The notes below the pieces were generated by a model. It was not told the origin of the DNA. It saw only the letters and a program-made list of their open reading frames with translations, and made no database searches. This document shows, piece after piece, positions 18,558 to 26,998 of a DNA stretch of 64,000 nt. The translations under genes and the position numbers were made by a program. How positions within the stretch are numbered: position 1 is the stretch's first letter; each line of letters begins with the position of its first letter. This stretch comes from Planctomycetota bacterium. GTDB lineage: Bacteria > Planctomycetota > SZUA-567. The stretch spans positions 1,632-65,631 of the forward strand of contig JAISYD010000211.1 of NCBI GenBank assembly GCA_031270145.1. Reading direction: 5' to 3'.

Positions 18558-19946
18558 ATGCCGTATTTCCGCCTCGCTTGGCGGTACGCTGTCCGCCGCC
18601 CGGTAAATTTTATCGCCGTGCTGGCCATCGGCCTGGCCCTGGCGGTGCAAATCGTCGCCATGGCGGTGTTGGACGGCATGCTGGCGGATTTGGAGCAGCG
18701 CCTCATGAATCTGGGCGAACAGGTGACGGTCAGGCCGGAAGGCGGCTTGCTGGACAAGGCCGATTTCTCGAGGGCGGCCGGAGCCGTGGAAAGCCTGGAC
18801 GGGGTTCTGGCGGTGACCCCCCTGATTCAGAAGGCGGGCTTCCTGAAGTCCGGCGGCGGCGCCGAATACGTCTGGGTCCAGGGAATCGATTTGGCGTCCG
18901 AATTGGCCCACAGCTCCCTGGCCAGGCACCTTATTTCCTATAAGCCATCCCGGGCGAATCCGGCTTGGGGGACTACTGGCCCCAGGCCCGGCCTGTTCAT
19001 GGGAGAACAACTGGCCCGGCGCCTTCAGGCGGCTCCGGGGAGCGAGATCGAGCTTTTTTACGCCGAGCGGAACCCGGACGGCGGCTTGACCGCCAGATCC
19101 CGCGCTTTTGAAATCGTGTCCCTGTTCCGGAGCGGCAGCTTTGAAAAGGACAATTACGGCGTCTATATTCCCATCGGGGAAGCCGGAAAATTTTACCACG
19201 CCGCCGATTATCCGGACGCGGAATCCCGGGTGGAAATTTTGGTCGCCTGGCTGGAAAATCCCGCCCTGGCCGACGAACTGGAATCGGACATCGTCCGGGC
19301 CGCGCGGCTGGCTCTGGCCGGAACCGGGCCGGAAGGGCCGGTCCTGGTCTCGAATACCTGGCAAAAGCGCTGGGGCGAAATCGCCCGGGGCATGAAACAT
19401 GAAAACAACCTGATGGAATTGGTGTTGTTTCTGAACGACGGGGCCGGCGGCTTTTGCGTCTTCGCCATTTTGGTCACCCTGGTCAGCCGGCGTCTCCGGG
19501 ACGTCGGCCTGCTCCGCTGCCTGGGAGCCACCCGCCTGGGGGTGATGACGGTTTTCCTTTGCGTGGGATTGCTGCTCGGCGCCGCCGGGGGGCTGCTGGG
19601 GGGAATCCTGGGGACTTTCCTCGCCGGTCCGCTGAGAAGCGAAAATGTCGGCGGAAACAGGCGCCTGGCCGCCGGCGGGGCCGTGACGGCTCCTCTTTCC
19701 GGCCTGGAAACGGCGGCCGGAAGGCGCCCCCGCATAGACGTCTACTATGAAAGAATCACCGGCCAGCCGCTGTATCCCCCCCGCCTGTTCGGCCTGGCCG
19801 GGGAGGCCGGCCTGCCGCTGGTAATCCACCCCTGGAAACTGGCGCTGTATTTCGGGGCCGCCGTATTGGTTTCCGTGCTGGCGGCCGGCTACCCGGCCGC
19901 CTGGGCCGCTTGCCGGGAGCCCATGTCGGCCCTGCGCGAGGATTGA
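18558..19946 (+). CDS. LolC/LolE-MacB family ABC permease (FtsX domain)
   Basis: N-terminal TM (FIAVLAIGLALAVQIVAMAV), a large periplasmic domain, and a C-terminal FtsX-type TM bundle. Followed by a LolD-like ATPase. Confidence 0.8.
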   Translation: MPYFRLAWRYAVRRPVNFIAVLAIGLALAVQIVAMAVLDGMLADLEQRLMNLGEQVTVRPEGGLLDKADFSRAAGAVESLDGVLAVTPLIQKAGFLKSGGGAEYVWVQGIDLASELAHSSLARHLISYKPSRANPAWGTTGPRPGLFMGEQLARRLQAAPGSEIELFYAERNPDGGLTARSRAFEIVSLFRSGSFEKDNYGVYIPIGEAGKFYHAADYPDAESRVEILVAWLENPALADELESDIVRAARLALAGTGPEGPVLVSNTWQKRWGEIARGMKHENNLMELVLFLNDGAGGFCVFAILVTLVSRRLRDVGLLRCLGATRLGVMTVFLCVGLLLGAAGGLLGGILGTFLAGPLRSENVGGNRRLAAGGAVTAPLSGLETAAGRRPRIDVYYERITGQPLYPPRLFGLAGEAGLPLVIHPWKLALYFGAAVLVSVLAAGYPAAWAACREPMSALRED

Positions 19947-19947
19947 A

Positions 19948-20649
19948 ATGGCGGGAAACGTCCTGGAAGCCGAAAAACTTTCCAAAACCTACCGCGACGG
20001 GGAGAAGAGGCTCCCGGTCCTGCGCGATCTCGACCTGGCGGTGGCGGAGGGCGAGGTGATCGCCATTGTCGGGCGCAGCGGCTCGGGGAAAACCACCCTC
20101 CTCAACCTGTGCGGGCTTCTTGACCGGCCCGATACCGGGGAAATACGTCTGCGCGGCCTTCCCGCCTCCCGGCTGCCGGATTCCCGGCGGACCGCCCTTA
20201 GGGGACGGGAAATCGGCTTTGTTTTTCAAAACTACCATCTGCTTCCCGATTTTTCCGTGCTGGAAAACGTCATGCTAGGCGCCGCGCTCAGCGGGTTGGG
20301 CATGGGGGGGCGGAGCCGCCGGGGCGCCCTTGATTGGTTGGAACGCCTGGGACTGTCCGGGCGTCGGGATCACCGCCCTTCCCAGTTGTCCGGGGGCGAG
20401 AGGCAACGGGCGGCCATCGCCCGGGCGCTTCTGCCCGGCCCCGGATTGTTGTTGTGCGACGAGCCGACCGGCAATCTGGACGCCGATACCGGGGAGGAGG
20501 TGTCGGCCTGGCTGTGGCGGATGGTGGGGGAGGCCGGCATGGCCGTGATTGTCGTCACCCATGAATCGGCCCTGGCCGCCAGGGCCGATCGGATTTTCCG
20601 GCTGGAAGCCGGCCGGCTGGCGGCGGTGGCGAGGGCGGGGGGGATTTGA
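19948..20649 (+). CDS. LolD/MacB-type ABC ATPase
   Basis: Walker A GRSGSGKTT, signature LSGGERQRAAIARAL, Walker B LLLCDEPTGNLD. GAGGA RBS. Confidence 0.85.
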   Translation: MAGNVLEAEKLSKTYRDGEKRLPVLRDLDLAVAEGEVIAIVGRSGSGKTTLLNLCGLLDRPDTGEIRLRGLPASRLPDSRRTALRGREIGFVFQNYHLLPDFSVLENVMLGAALSGLGMGGRSRRGALDWLERLGLSGRRDHRPSQLSGGERQRAAIARALLPGPGLLLCDEPTGNLDADTGEEVSAWLWRMVGEAGMAVIVVTHESALAARADRIFRLEAGRLAAVARAGGI

Positions 20650-20687
20650 AGCCTCCGGAAATGGTCGGGGCTGGGAAAGGCGCGGAT

Positions 20688-22634
20688 ATGGCGGGCAAGC
20701 TTGGGGAAATTCTGTTTGGTTACGGACGCGGCCGGGCGGGTTCGATTGCCGCCGGTCTGGCCGTCCTGGCGCTGGCTCCGCTGATTGGCGGCTGCGACGA
20801 GCGGCTGTTCAGTTACCGGACCGGCGACGGCCCCCCTCCGGCTTCCCAAAAGGTCCTTATCCTGCCGTTCCTGGACACCCGCACCTTCGTGGATCCCGGG
20901 GACGCCCATAAGGACGATTTAGGCGAACACGCCCGGGAAATTTTCGCTTCCGCCCTGCGGAGCAGCAAATTCGGCCCGGCGGTGGAAATACTGGCGCCGC
21001 CCTTGCCGCGCCGGGAAGCTTCCCTCACCAATGCCCAAGCCGCTGAAATCGGCCGCCGGCAGGGGGCGGATTTGGTTGTGGCCGGGCAGATTTTCAGTTT
21101 TACCGGCACCAGGGCCGCCAGCATACCTTCCCGGGCCGGAATGTTTGTCCGGGTGATCGACGCCGACCGGGGGGTGCTGCTGTTTGTGGGAGACAACTAC
21201 CAGGCGGCGGCCATGCCCGGCGCCGCCGGCGGCCGGGAGCGCCAGGCTCGGGCCGTGGCGGCGAGGATAATCGACGGCTTCTTTCAACGGACGGCGGCTT
21301 CCCTGTCGCGCCTGGGATTTTCTTCCGACCAAGCCCTGGCTTCCCTTATAGCCGGGCGATACCGGAATGAGCCGGCGAAAGAGGATTATCCCGGAGAGGG
21401 CGAAGCCGACCCACCCCTGCCGATGCCGCCGCCGTTTCTGGAATCGGAAAGGGAGGAAGAAGTTACGGATCCGGGGATCGCGGCCGAAAGCGGCCCGATC
21501 CCGGAATCCGGGGATGCCGCGACGGTCGCCGAAACCGGCGGCGGCGAGTCCGGAGCGGAGGAGGAGGCGGAAGAACGGTTCGAGGCGGGGGCGGACGATT
21601 CGCCGTCGCCGGCCGATATTGGGGAACTTGACGAACTGGCTCTCCGGCTTACCGGGGACGATTTGGCGGCCGACATATTTGCCGAAGGCGAAGAACTATT
21701 GGCCGAAGCGCTGGCTTTTCGGCCGGTGGTGATCGGCTCCGGCCGGACGGCCGAGACGGCGGCCGGCGAATCGGAGTCCCTGGCGGAAACCATCGGACCG
21801 CCTGATTCGCCGGAACCGGGAGGGCCGGAGGCTTTGAAGGCGAATCCGGAGGGTCTCGATTCCGCCCCGGAGATTTCGCCGGCGGAAATCGCGGCGGAAA
21901 ATCCTTCGGTCGCGGAAACGCTTTACGCCGATGGTCCGGTGGTCAGTCTTCCCCTTGTTTCGGAACAGCCATGGCTGGCAAGCGGGGACCCGCGGACGGC
22001 GGCCCGGGCGTCGAAGGAATTGGGGGGGAAGGAAGTCGGGGTTTTGTTGCTTCCCTACCATGATCGCGACAATCCCAACAATCTCATCGCCGCGACCGGG
22101 GGAGGGGAGGTGGTGACCGGGGTTTTCGGAGCCGGACTGTCCGGGGTTTCCGGCCTCCGGTTGCTGTGGGACGCCACCGGCCAGGCCACCCATGACCAAT
22201 TGCTCAGTCCGGACGAGGCGGTGCGCATGGGCCGGATTGCCGGAGCCGATTTCGTTGTCCGGGGGCAGGTGGTTGAATTCCGCCGTTCCCAGTCGGTTCC
22301 CAGCCTTTATTCGGCGGTCATTTCCACCGCCATCCTGGCGGCGCAAATCATGTTCGCCGAAATGACCGGGGTCGATGTGGCGACCGAGGTTTACCGGGTC
22401 TCCGACGGCCGCTGCGTAGTTTCGCGCCGGGATCGGGCTCAGCAGAAATATGTGGTGCAGGCGGAAAAAACCGTACGCCGGATAACGGCCGGCGTTGTCG
22501 CCGGCCTGGCGGAGGTTTTCCGGGAAGAGGATCCCCCGGAGATGGATCCCCTGATCGATACCCTTCTCCCGGTGACGGTTTTCACCAATCCCCGCCGGGG
22601 GAGGCCGGCGGAGGAATTCCCGGCGGCCAATTGA
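20688..22634 (+). CDS. Large lipoprotein with two CsgG/LpoB-like modules and an acidic linker, hypothetical
   Basis: Lipobox in LAVLALAPLIGGC. Two modules end in GADLVVAGQIFSF and GADFVVRGQVVEF. Between them lies a central Glu/Asp/Pro/Ala low-complexity region of roughly 200 aa. Start is uncertain (20646 TTG, 20661 or 20688 ATG). Confidence 0.7.
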   Translation: MAGKLGEILFGYGRGRAGSIAAGLAVLALAPLIGGCDERLFSYRTGDGPPPASQKVLILPFLDTRTFVDPGDAHKDDLGEHAREIFASALRSSKFGPAVEILAPPLPRREASLTNAQAAEIGRRQGADLVVAGQIFSFTGTRAASIPSRAGMFVRVIDADRGVLLFVGDNYQAAAMPGAAGGRERQARAVAARIIDGFFQRTAASLSRLGFSSDQALASLIAGRYRNEPAKEDYPGEGEADPPLPMPPPFLESEREEEVTDPGIAAESGPIPESGDAATVAETGGGESGAEEEAEERFEAGADDSPSPADIGELDELALRLTGDDLAADIFAEGEELLAEALAFRPVVIGSGRTAETAAGESESLAETIGPPDSPEPGGPEALKANPEGLDSAPEISPAEIAAENPSVAETLYADGPVVSLPLVSEQPWLASGDPRTAARASKELGGKEVGVLLLPYHDRDNPNNLIAATGGGEVVTGVFGAGLSGVSGLRLLWDATGQATHDQLLSPDEAVRMGRIAGADFVVRGQVVEFRRSQSVPSLYSAVISTAILAAQIMFAEMTGVDVATEVYRVSDGRCVVSRRDRAQQKYVVQAEKTVRRITAGVVAGLAEVFREEDPPEMDPLIDTLLPVTVFTNPRRGRPAEEFPAAN

Positions 22635-22637
22635 GGG

Positions 22638-23732
22638 TCAAGCGGTTGTTTCGCCGCGCGCGGTTCCCTCCAGGCGTTTGCTTATGAAGGCGGCAACGGC
22701 CGGCCCGGTTAGAAGCACAAAAATGAAACGGCCGGTTTGAACCGCCATGACCAGGGGCACGTCTCCCCCGATCGAGGCGGTGATGATGGCTACGGTATCC
22801 ATGCCTCCGGGACAGGAGGCCAAGAGGGCGGTCAGGGGATCGATGCCCGCCGCGGCCACGAAAATCCAGGCCAGGATTCCGCAAGCCGCTATCATGGCGA
22901 GGATGGTGGCCAAAATGCGGGAAAAGGCGTGCAGGGCATAGGACACGATGGAACGGGTGAAGCGCATGCCCACGTTCCAACCCACCACGCAATAGGACGC
23001 GGCGTAAAGTTGCCAAGGCAGGCGCAGGGGGCCCAGCCCGGCGGCGGCGAGAAAGGGAAGCACTAGTATCGGCAATAGCATCGGTCCCGACGGGAAATGG
23101 CACAAACCGCGCAGGAATGTTCCCGCAACCGCCAATCCCAAGGCCAGGAATATGGAGCCGGGATCGAAAATTTCCGCCGCCCGTTCCGGGGGCGAGGCGG
23201 CTATGGCTATGTCCCAAACCAGCGGCAGGGTGGTGGCGAACAGGGTGACCGTCAGTACCCGCAAATATTGCATGAAGGCGACCAGCCGGGAATCGGCGCC
23301 GAAATTTTCCGACATCAAGGTCATCAGCAGGGCCGCTCCGGGCGAAGTGCCCCAGATGGCGGTGGATCCCGGCAATATCCGGGTCCTGGCCAGAAGCCAG
23401 CCCAGGAAGGTGCTTATCGCCGACACCGACAGCACCATGGAGATGAAAAATGGCCAGTTTCGCCCGATGGTGTCCAGGGTCGCCGGGGAGATTGAGCCCG
23501 CCACCAGGCAGCCGACCATTCCCTGGGCCAGGGAAAAGGCGATTCCCGGCGTTTGTATTTGGCCTTCCGCCAGGGCCATGACGATTGCCGCCCCCATGGC
23601 CCCCATGAGGATGCCGGCCGGCAGCCGCAGCGAAACCAGTATAAAGGAAAAAATCAGGGTCAGTCCGGCCAGCAAGGCCCAGCGCAGCCGGGCGGGAAGG
23701 CGGGAAAAATCAAGTCGCTCAAGAAATTTCAT
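22638..23732 (-). CDS. AbrB-family (COG3180-like) duplicated membrane protein
   Basis: 364 aa with about 10 TM in two similar halves. The N-terminus LAGLTLIFSFILVSLRLPAGILMGAMGAAIVMAL is typical of this family as I recall it. Confidence 0.6.
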   Translation of the reverse strand: MKFLERLDFSRLPARLRWALLAGLTLIFSFILVSLRLPAGILMGAMGAAIVMALAEGQIQTPGIAFSLAQGMVGCLVAGSISPATLDTIGRNWPFFISMVLSVSAISTFLGWLLARTRILPGSTAIWGTSPGAALLMTLMSENFGADSRLVAFMQYLRVLTVTLFATTLPLVWDIAIAASPPERAAEIFDPGSIFLALGLAVAGTFLRGLCHFPSGPMLLPILVLPFLAAAGLGPLRLPWQLYAASYCVVGWNVGMRFTRSIVSYALHAFSRILATILAMIAACGILAWIFVAAAGIDPLTALLASCPGGMDTVAIITASIGGDVPLVMAVQTGRFIFVLLTGPAVAAFISKRLEGTARGETTA

Positions 23733-23773
23733 GCCGCGCCTCCCAAACTGGCGGCGCCGGACTCAACATCGGA

Positions 23774-23824
23774 GGATTTTAAAGGAAATCAAGCGGGGGT
23801 TTGGTTCGATTTCTTTAAAAGTCC
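23774..23824. repeat. TTTAAAGGAAATC hairpin-family member
   Basis: tttaaaggaaatc (23778..23790), 17-nt centre aagcgggggtttggttc, then gatttctttaaa (23808..23819). Intergenic. Confidence 0.6.
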
Positions 23825-23873
23825 ACCACCCGGCAAGGTGGCAATTGTTTCACAAGCCCGCCTGGAACCGGCT

Positions 23874-24848
23874 CTACTTGTTCACCACGTTTACGGGACT
23901 GCCCTTGGCGAAGGCGGCCAGGTTGTCCACCGCTATGTTCATCAGCCGGATGCGCGCCTCCTTGGGAGCCCAGGCTATGTGGGGAGTGATATGGCAGTTC
24001 CGGGTTCGGGGCAATTTGTTGTCGGGGGCGATGGGTTCAACCTCGACCACGTCCGAGCCGAAACCGGCCACCTTGCCGCTTTCCAAGGCTTCGACCATGT
24101 CCTCCTCCACCACTAGGGGTCCGCGGGAGGTGTTGATGATGATGACCCCGTCCTTCATCCTGGCTATGGTCGACTTGTTGATCAATCCCCGGGTGGAATC
24201 AAAAAGCGGGACATGCAGGCTGATTACGTCCGATTTGGCCAGGGCGTCGTCGAGAGAGGCGTATTTAATCGAATCGGTTTCCCGGGATTTATCCACATAT
24301 TCATCGTAGGCAAGCACCTTCATGCCGAAAGCGACGGCGATCCCGGCCACCGTTTGTCCGATGCGGCCAAACCCGATTATCCCCATCGTCTTGCCCGCCA
24401 GTTCAATCAGGGGGTAGTCCCAATAGCAAAAATCCTCGGATTTTGCCCAGCGGCCGTTCTTGACCGTCTCGGCGTGATGCGCCACATGATGGCAGAATTC
24501 CAGCAAATGGGCGAAAACGAACTGGGCCACGGCGGTGGTTCCGTAGGTGGGGATGTTGGTGACGACAACCCCCTTTTCCCTGGCGGCGTCGACATCCACG
24601 ACATTGTAACCGGTGGCGAGGACCCCGATATATTTCACTTTTGGCTTGGAGTCGAGTATTTCCCGGGTTATGGGCGTCTTGTTGGTTATGACCGCGTCGG
24701 CGTCGGCGATGCGGTCGATAATTTTGGCCGTCTCCTCCTTTTTGGTGGTGGTGCGGTCATAGCAGACCAATTCCCCCAGTTTTTTGAAGCCGTTCCAGTC
24801 GATGTCGCCGGGATTTAGGGTGTAACCGTCCAATACGACAATTTTCAT
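23874..24848 (-). CDS. D-isomer-specific 2-hydroxyacid (glycerate-type) dehydrogenase
   Basis: NAD fold GIIGFGRIGQTVAGIAVAFGMKVLAYD. Catalytic-region motifs INTSRGPLV and ITPHIAW. ATG 24848 follows AAGGGAG. Confidence 0.85.
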   Translation of the reverse strand: MKIVVLDGYTLNPGDIDWNGFKKLGELVCYDRTTTKKEETAKIIDRIADADAVITNKTPITREILDSKPKVKYIGVLATGYNVVDVDAAREKGVVVTNIPTYGTTAVAQFVFAHLLEFCHHVAHHAETVKNGRWAKSEDFCYWDYPLIELAGKTMGIIGFGRIGQTVAGIAVAFGMKVLAYDEYVDKSRETDSIKYASLDDALAKSDVISLHVPLFDSTRGLINKSTIARMKDGVIIINTSRGPLVVEEDMVEALESGKVAGFGSDVVEVEPIAPDNKLPRTRNCHITPHIAWAPKEARIRLMNIAVDNLAAFAKGSPVNVVNK

Positions 24849-24958
24849 GGCGTCCACTCCCTTTTGGAAAACGAGATGGAAATTGGGGCTCGGCGGAAAA
24901 TAAGCACCGCGAGTTTATCCGGCGCCTCAACAATACTCCGGCCGGTTGGAAGAACAAT

Positions 24959-25909
24959 TCATTTTCCCTTCTTGCGCGAAAGGACCCTTTTGGCCTTTTC
25001 CACGATTCTGTCGGGTGAAAGGCCATATTTTTCAAGGAGTTTTCCGTAATCGCCGGATTCCGCGAAACAATCCTCGATCCCCAGGATCTCCAGGGGAACC
25101 GGGGATTCGCGGCCAAGGACCTCGGCCACCGCCGCGCCCAGGCCGCCGATGACGTTGTGTTCCTCGCAGGTTACCACCGCCCCGGTTTCCCTGGCGCATT
25201 TCGCAATCAGGGAGGCGTCGATGGGCTTGATGGTATGAATGTTGACTATCCGGGCGCGGATGCCCTCCTTGGCCAAAAGTTCCCCCGCCCGCAACGCCTG
25301 GACGTTCATGAAGCCGGTGGCGACAAGGGTGAGATCCGAGCCTTCGCGGGCCACGTACCCCTTGCCGTATTCGAATTCGTAACCGGCTCCGAAAAGGCTT
25401 TTGGGTACTTCGGCCCGGGAAATGCGCAGATATACCGGGCCCGCCAGGCCGGCGGCGAAGCGGACCGCCCGCCGGGTTTCCTCCCCGTCGGCCGGGGAAA
25501 TCACTTTCATGTTGGGCAGGGCCCGGAAAAAGGAGATGTCGGATATGGCGTGGTGGCTGGCGCCGTCATAGGAATCGGAAAGGCCGGCATAGGTGCCGCA
25601 GAATTTTACCGGCAGGTTCTGGTAACAGGCGAGGCTGCGTATGGGATCGCCGGCCCGGAGCATCATGAAGGCGGCGAAGCAATGTACAAACGGGAGTTTT
25701 CCCTTTAGCGCCAGGCCGGCGGCCATTCCGGCCATATTCGCTTCGGCGATGCCGACATTGAAAAAGCGCTCGGGGAATTTGGCGCCGAAAAGGGAACTCT
25801 TGGAGGAGCCGGCCACATCGGCGTCCAGGACCACCAGGTTGGGCAATTCAGAGCCGAGTTCGGCCAGGGCCGCCCCGTAGGCGTCGCGCATGGCGATGGT
25901 TTCCATCAT
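24959..25909 (-). CDS. Transketolase, C-terminal (pyrimidine-binding) subunit
   Basis: 316 aa with FFNVGIAEANMAGMAAGLA and the transketolase C-domain. 4-nt overlap with the N-terminal subunit gene. Confidence 0.9.
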   Translation of the reverse strand: MMETIAMRDAYGAALAELGSELPNLVVLDADVAGSSKSSLFGAKFPERFFNVGIAEANMAGMAAGLALKGKLPFVHCFAAFMMLRAGDPIRSLACYQNLPVKFCGTYAGLSDSYDGASHHAISDISFFRALPNMKVISPADGEETRRAVRFAAGLAGPVYLRISRAEVPKSLFGAGYEFEYGKGYVAREGSDLTLVATGFMNVQALRAGELLAKEGIRARIVNIHTIKPIDASLIAKCARETGAVVTCEEHNVIGGLGAAVAEVLGRESPVPLEILGIEDCFAESGDYGKLLEKYGLSPDRIVEKAKRVLSRKKGK

Positions 25910-26736
25910 TTGGCCTCCAGTTCTTCGAGGGCGGCGGAGAATTCCGCATCCCCTATGGGTTTGCCGTGCCAGGCGTGATTGCCTTCCATGAACGACACTC
26001 CCTTGCCCTTTACGGTTTTGGCTATGACGATGACGGGTCCGCCGTTTTTGAGATCCCTGGCCTGGAGCATCCGCTCATGGATTTCGGCCAGATTGTGCCC
26101 GTCCATTTCCAGGCAGTTCCAACCGAAGGCGGTCCATTTGGCCTTGACGTCGCCTAGCGGCATGATGTCGTCGACCTTGCCGTCGAGTTGAACCCCGTTG
26201 TGGTCGAGAATGGCGACAAGGTTGTCCAGCCGGTATTTGCCGGCGGCCATGGCCGCCTCCCAGACAATGCCTTCCTGGATTTCCCCGTCGCCGAGAAGGA
26301 TGAAGACATTTTCCCCGGTTTTGTCGAGCTTCCCGGCCAGGGCGCGTCCGACCGCGGCGGAAATGCCGAGCCCAAGCGGTCCGGTGGAAAGTTCTATGCC
26401 GGGGAGCTTGTTGGCGCAGGGATGGCCCTGGAGCCGGCTGCCGAGTTGGCGGAGGCTGGCGAGTTCCTCCCCGGGAAAAAACCCCAGGTCGGCCAATATG
26501 ATATACAGGATGGGGGCTCCGTGGCCCTTCCCTAGGATAAAAATGTCCCGATCCGGCTTTTCGGGGTTTCGGGGATCGAGACGCAGGATCTCGTTGTAGA
26601 GAATCGTGAGAATTTCCACGGCCGACAACGAACCGCCCGGATGGCCGGTTTGGATTTTGTGCAAAAGCTTAATCAGGCCGATCCTGAATTGCCCGCATTT
26701 CCCTTCGTATCGGGCGATCTTTTCCGCCGACAACAT
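25906..26736 (-). CDS. Transketolase, N-terminal (TPP-binding) subunit
   Basis: Start MLSAEK at 26736 follows GGGGAGG. Motifs GHPGGSLSAVEIL, GKGHGAP, LLGDGEIQEGIVWEA. The ORF-track N-terminal extension to 26982 is rejected. Confidence 0.9.
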   Translation of the reverse strand: MLSAEKIARYEGKCGQFRIGLIKLLHKIQTGHPGGSLSAVEILTILYNEILRLDPRNPEKPDRDIFILGKGHGAPILYIILADLGFFPGEELASLRQLGSRLQGHPCANKLPGIELSTGPLGLGISAAVGRALAGKLDKTGENVFILLGDGEIQEGIVWEAAMAAGKYRLDNLVAILDHNGVQLDGKVDDIMPLGDVKAKWTAFGWNCLEMDGHNLAEIHERMLQARDLKNGGPVIVIAKTVKGKGVSFMEGNHAWHGKPIGDAEFSAALEELEAK

Positions 26737-26801
26737 ATGTTTGGGCCTCCCCTGACAAGAATGAACCCGGAAACCTCCAGATGAAAAGTATATTTTAGTT
26801 T

Positions 26802-26840
26802 GATTTTTAGGCAAGCGGTTTGGCCGGCGAATTGATTTCC
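26802..26840. repeat. Degenerate fragment related to the hairpin family
   Basis: gatttttaggcaagcggtttggccggcgaattgatttcc shares GCAAGCGGTTT and GATTTCC with the copies at 30141..30170 and 23791..23812. Its mirror is at 54279..54317. Confidence 0.35.
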
Positions 26841-26998
26841 CCCCCGGATCAACCGTGAATTCCGCCGGGCGCTCGCCCGGTCGGCGGCGAAGGTAAGCGG
26901 ATCGGAGGCGAAACTGGAGAAGATTACGGGGTTGTTTTTCGTGAGCCCTTGGACCGCCTCGAACGCCGCTTCCCTTGCCCAAGGCTGGCCCCCGGCTC

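Noticed and set aside
18495-19985. 496-aa ORF antisense to the LolC/E-like permease (mirror copy at 61134..62624). Similar antisense ORFs occur at 9654..10889, 14062..15159, 17292..18179 and 23152..24309.
   Set aside because: Low-complexity composition and no RBS. The opposite strand encodes recognisable proteins.
25906-26982. 358-aa version of the transketolase N-subunit ORF, and the 426-aa version of phnW (17049..18329).
   Set aside because: The N-terminal extensions are Arg/Pro-rich and non-homologous. Internal ATGs at 26736 and 18191 have strong RBSs and give canonical N-termini.
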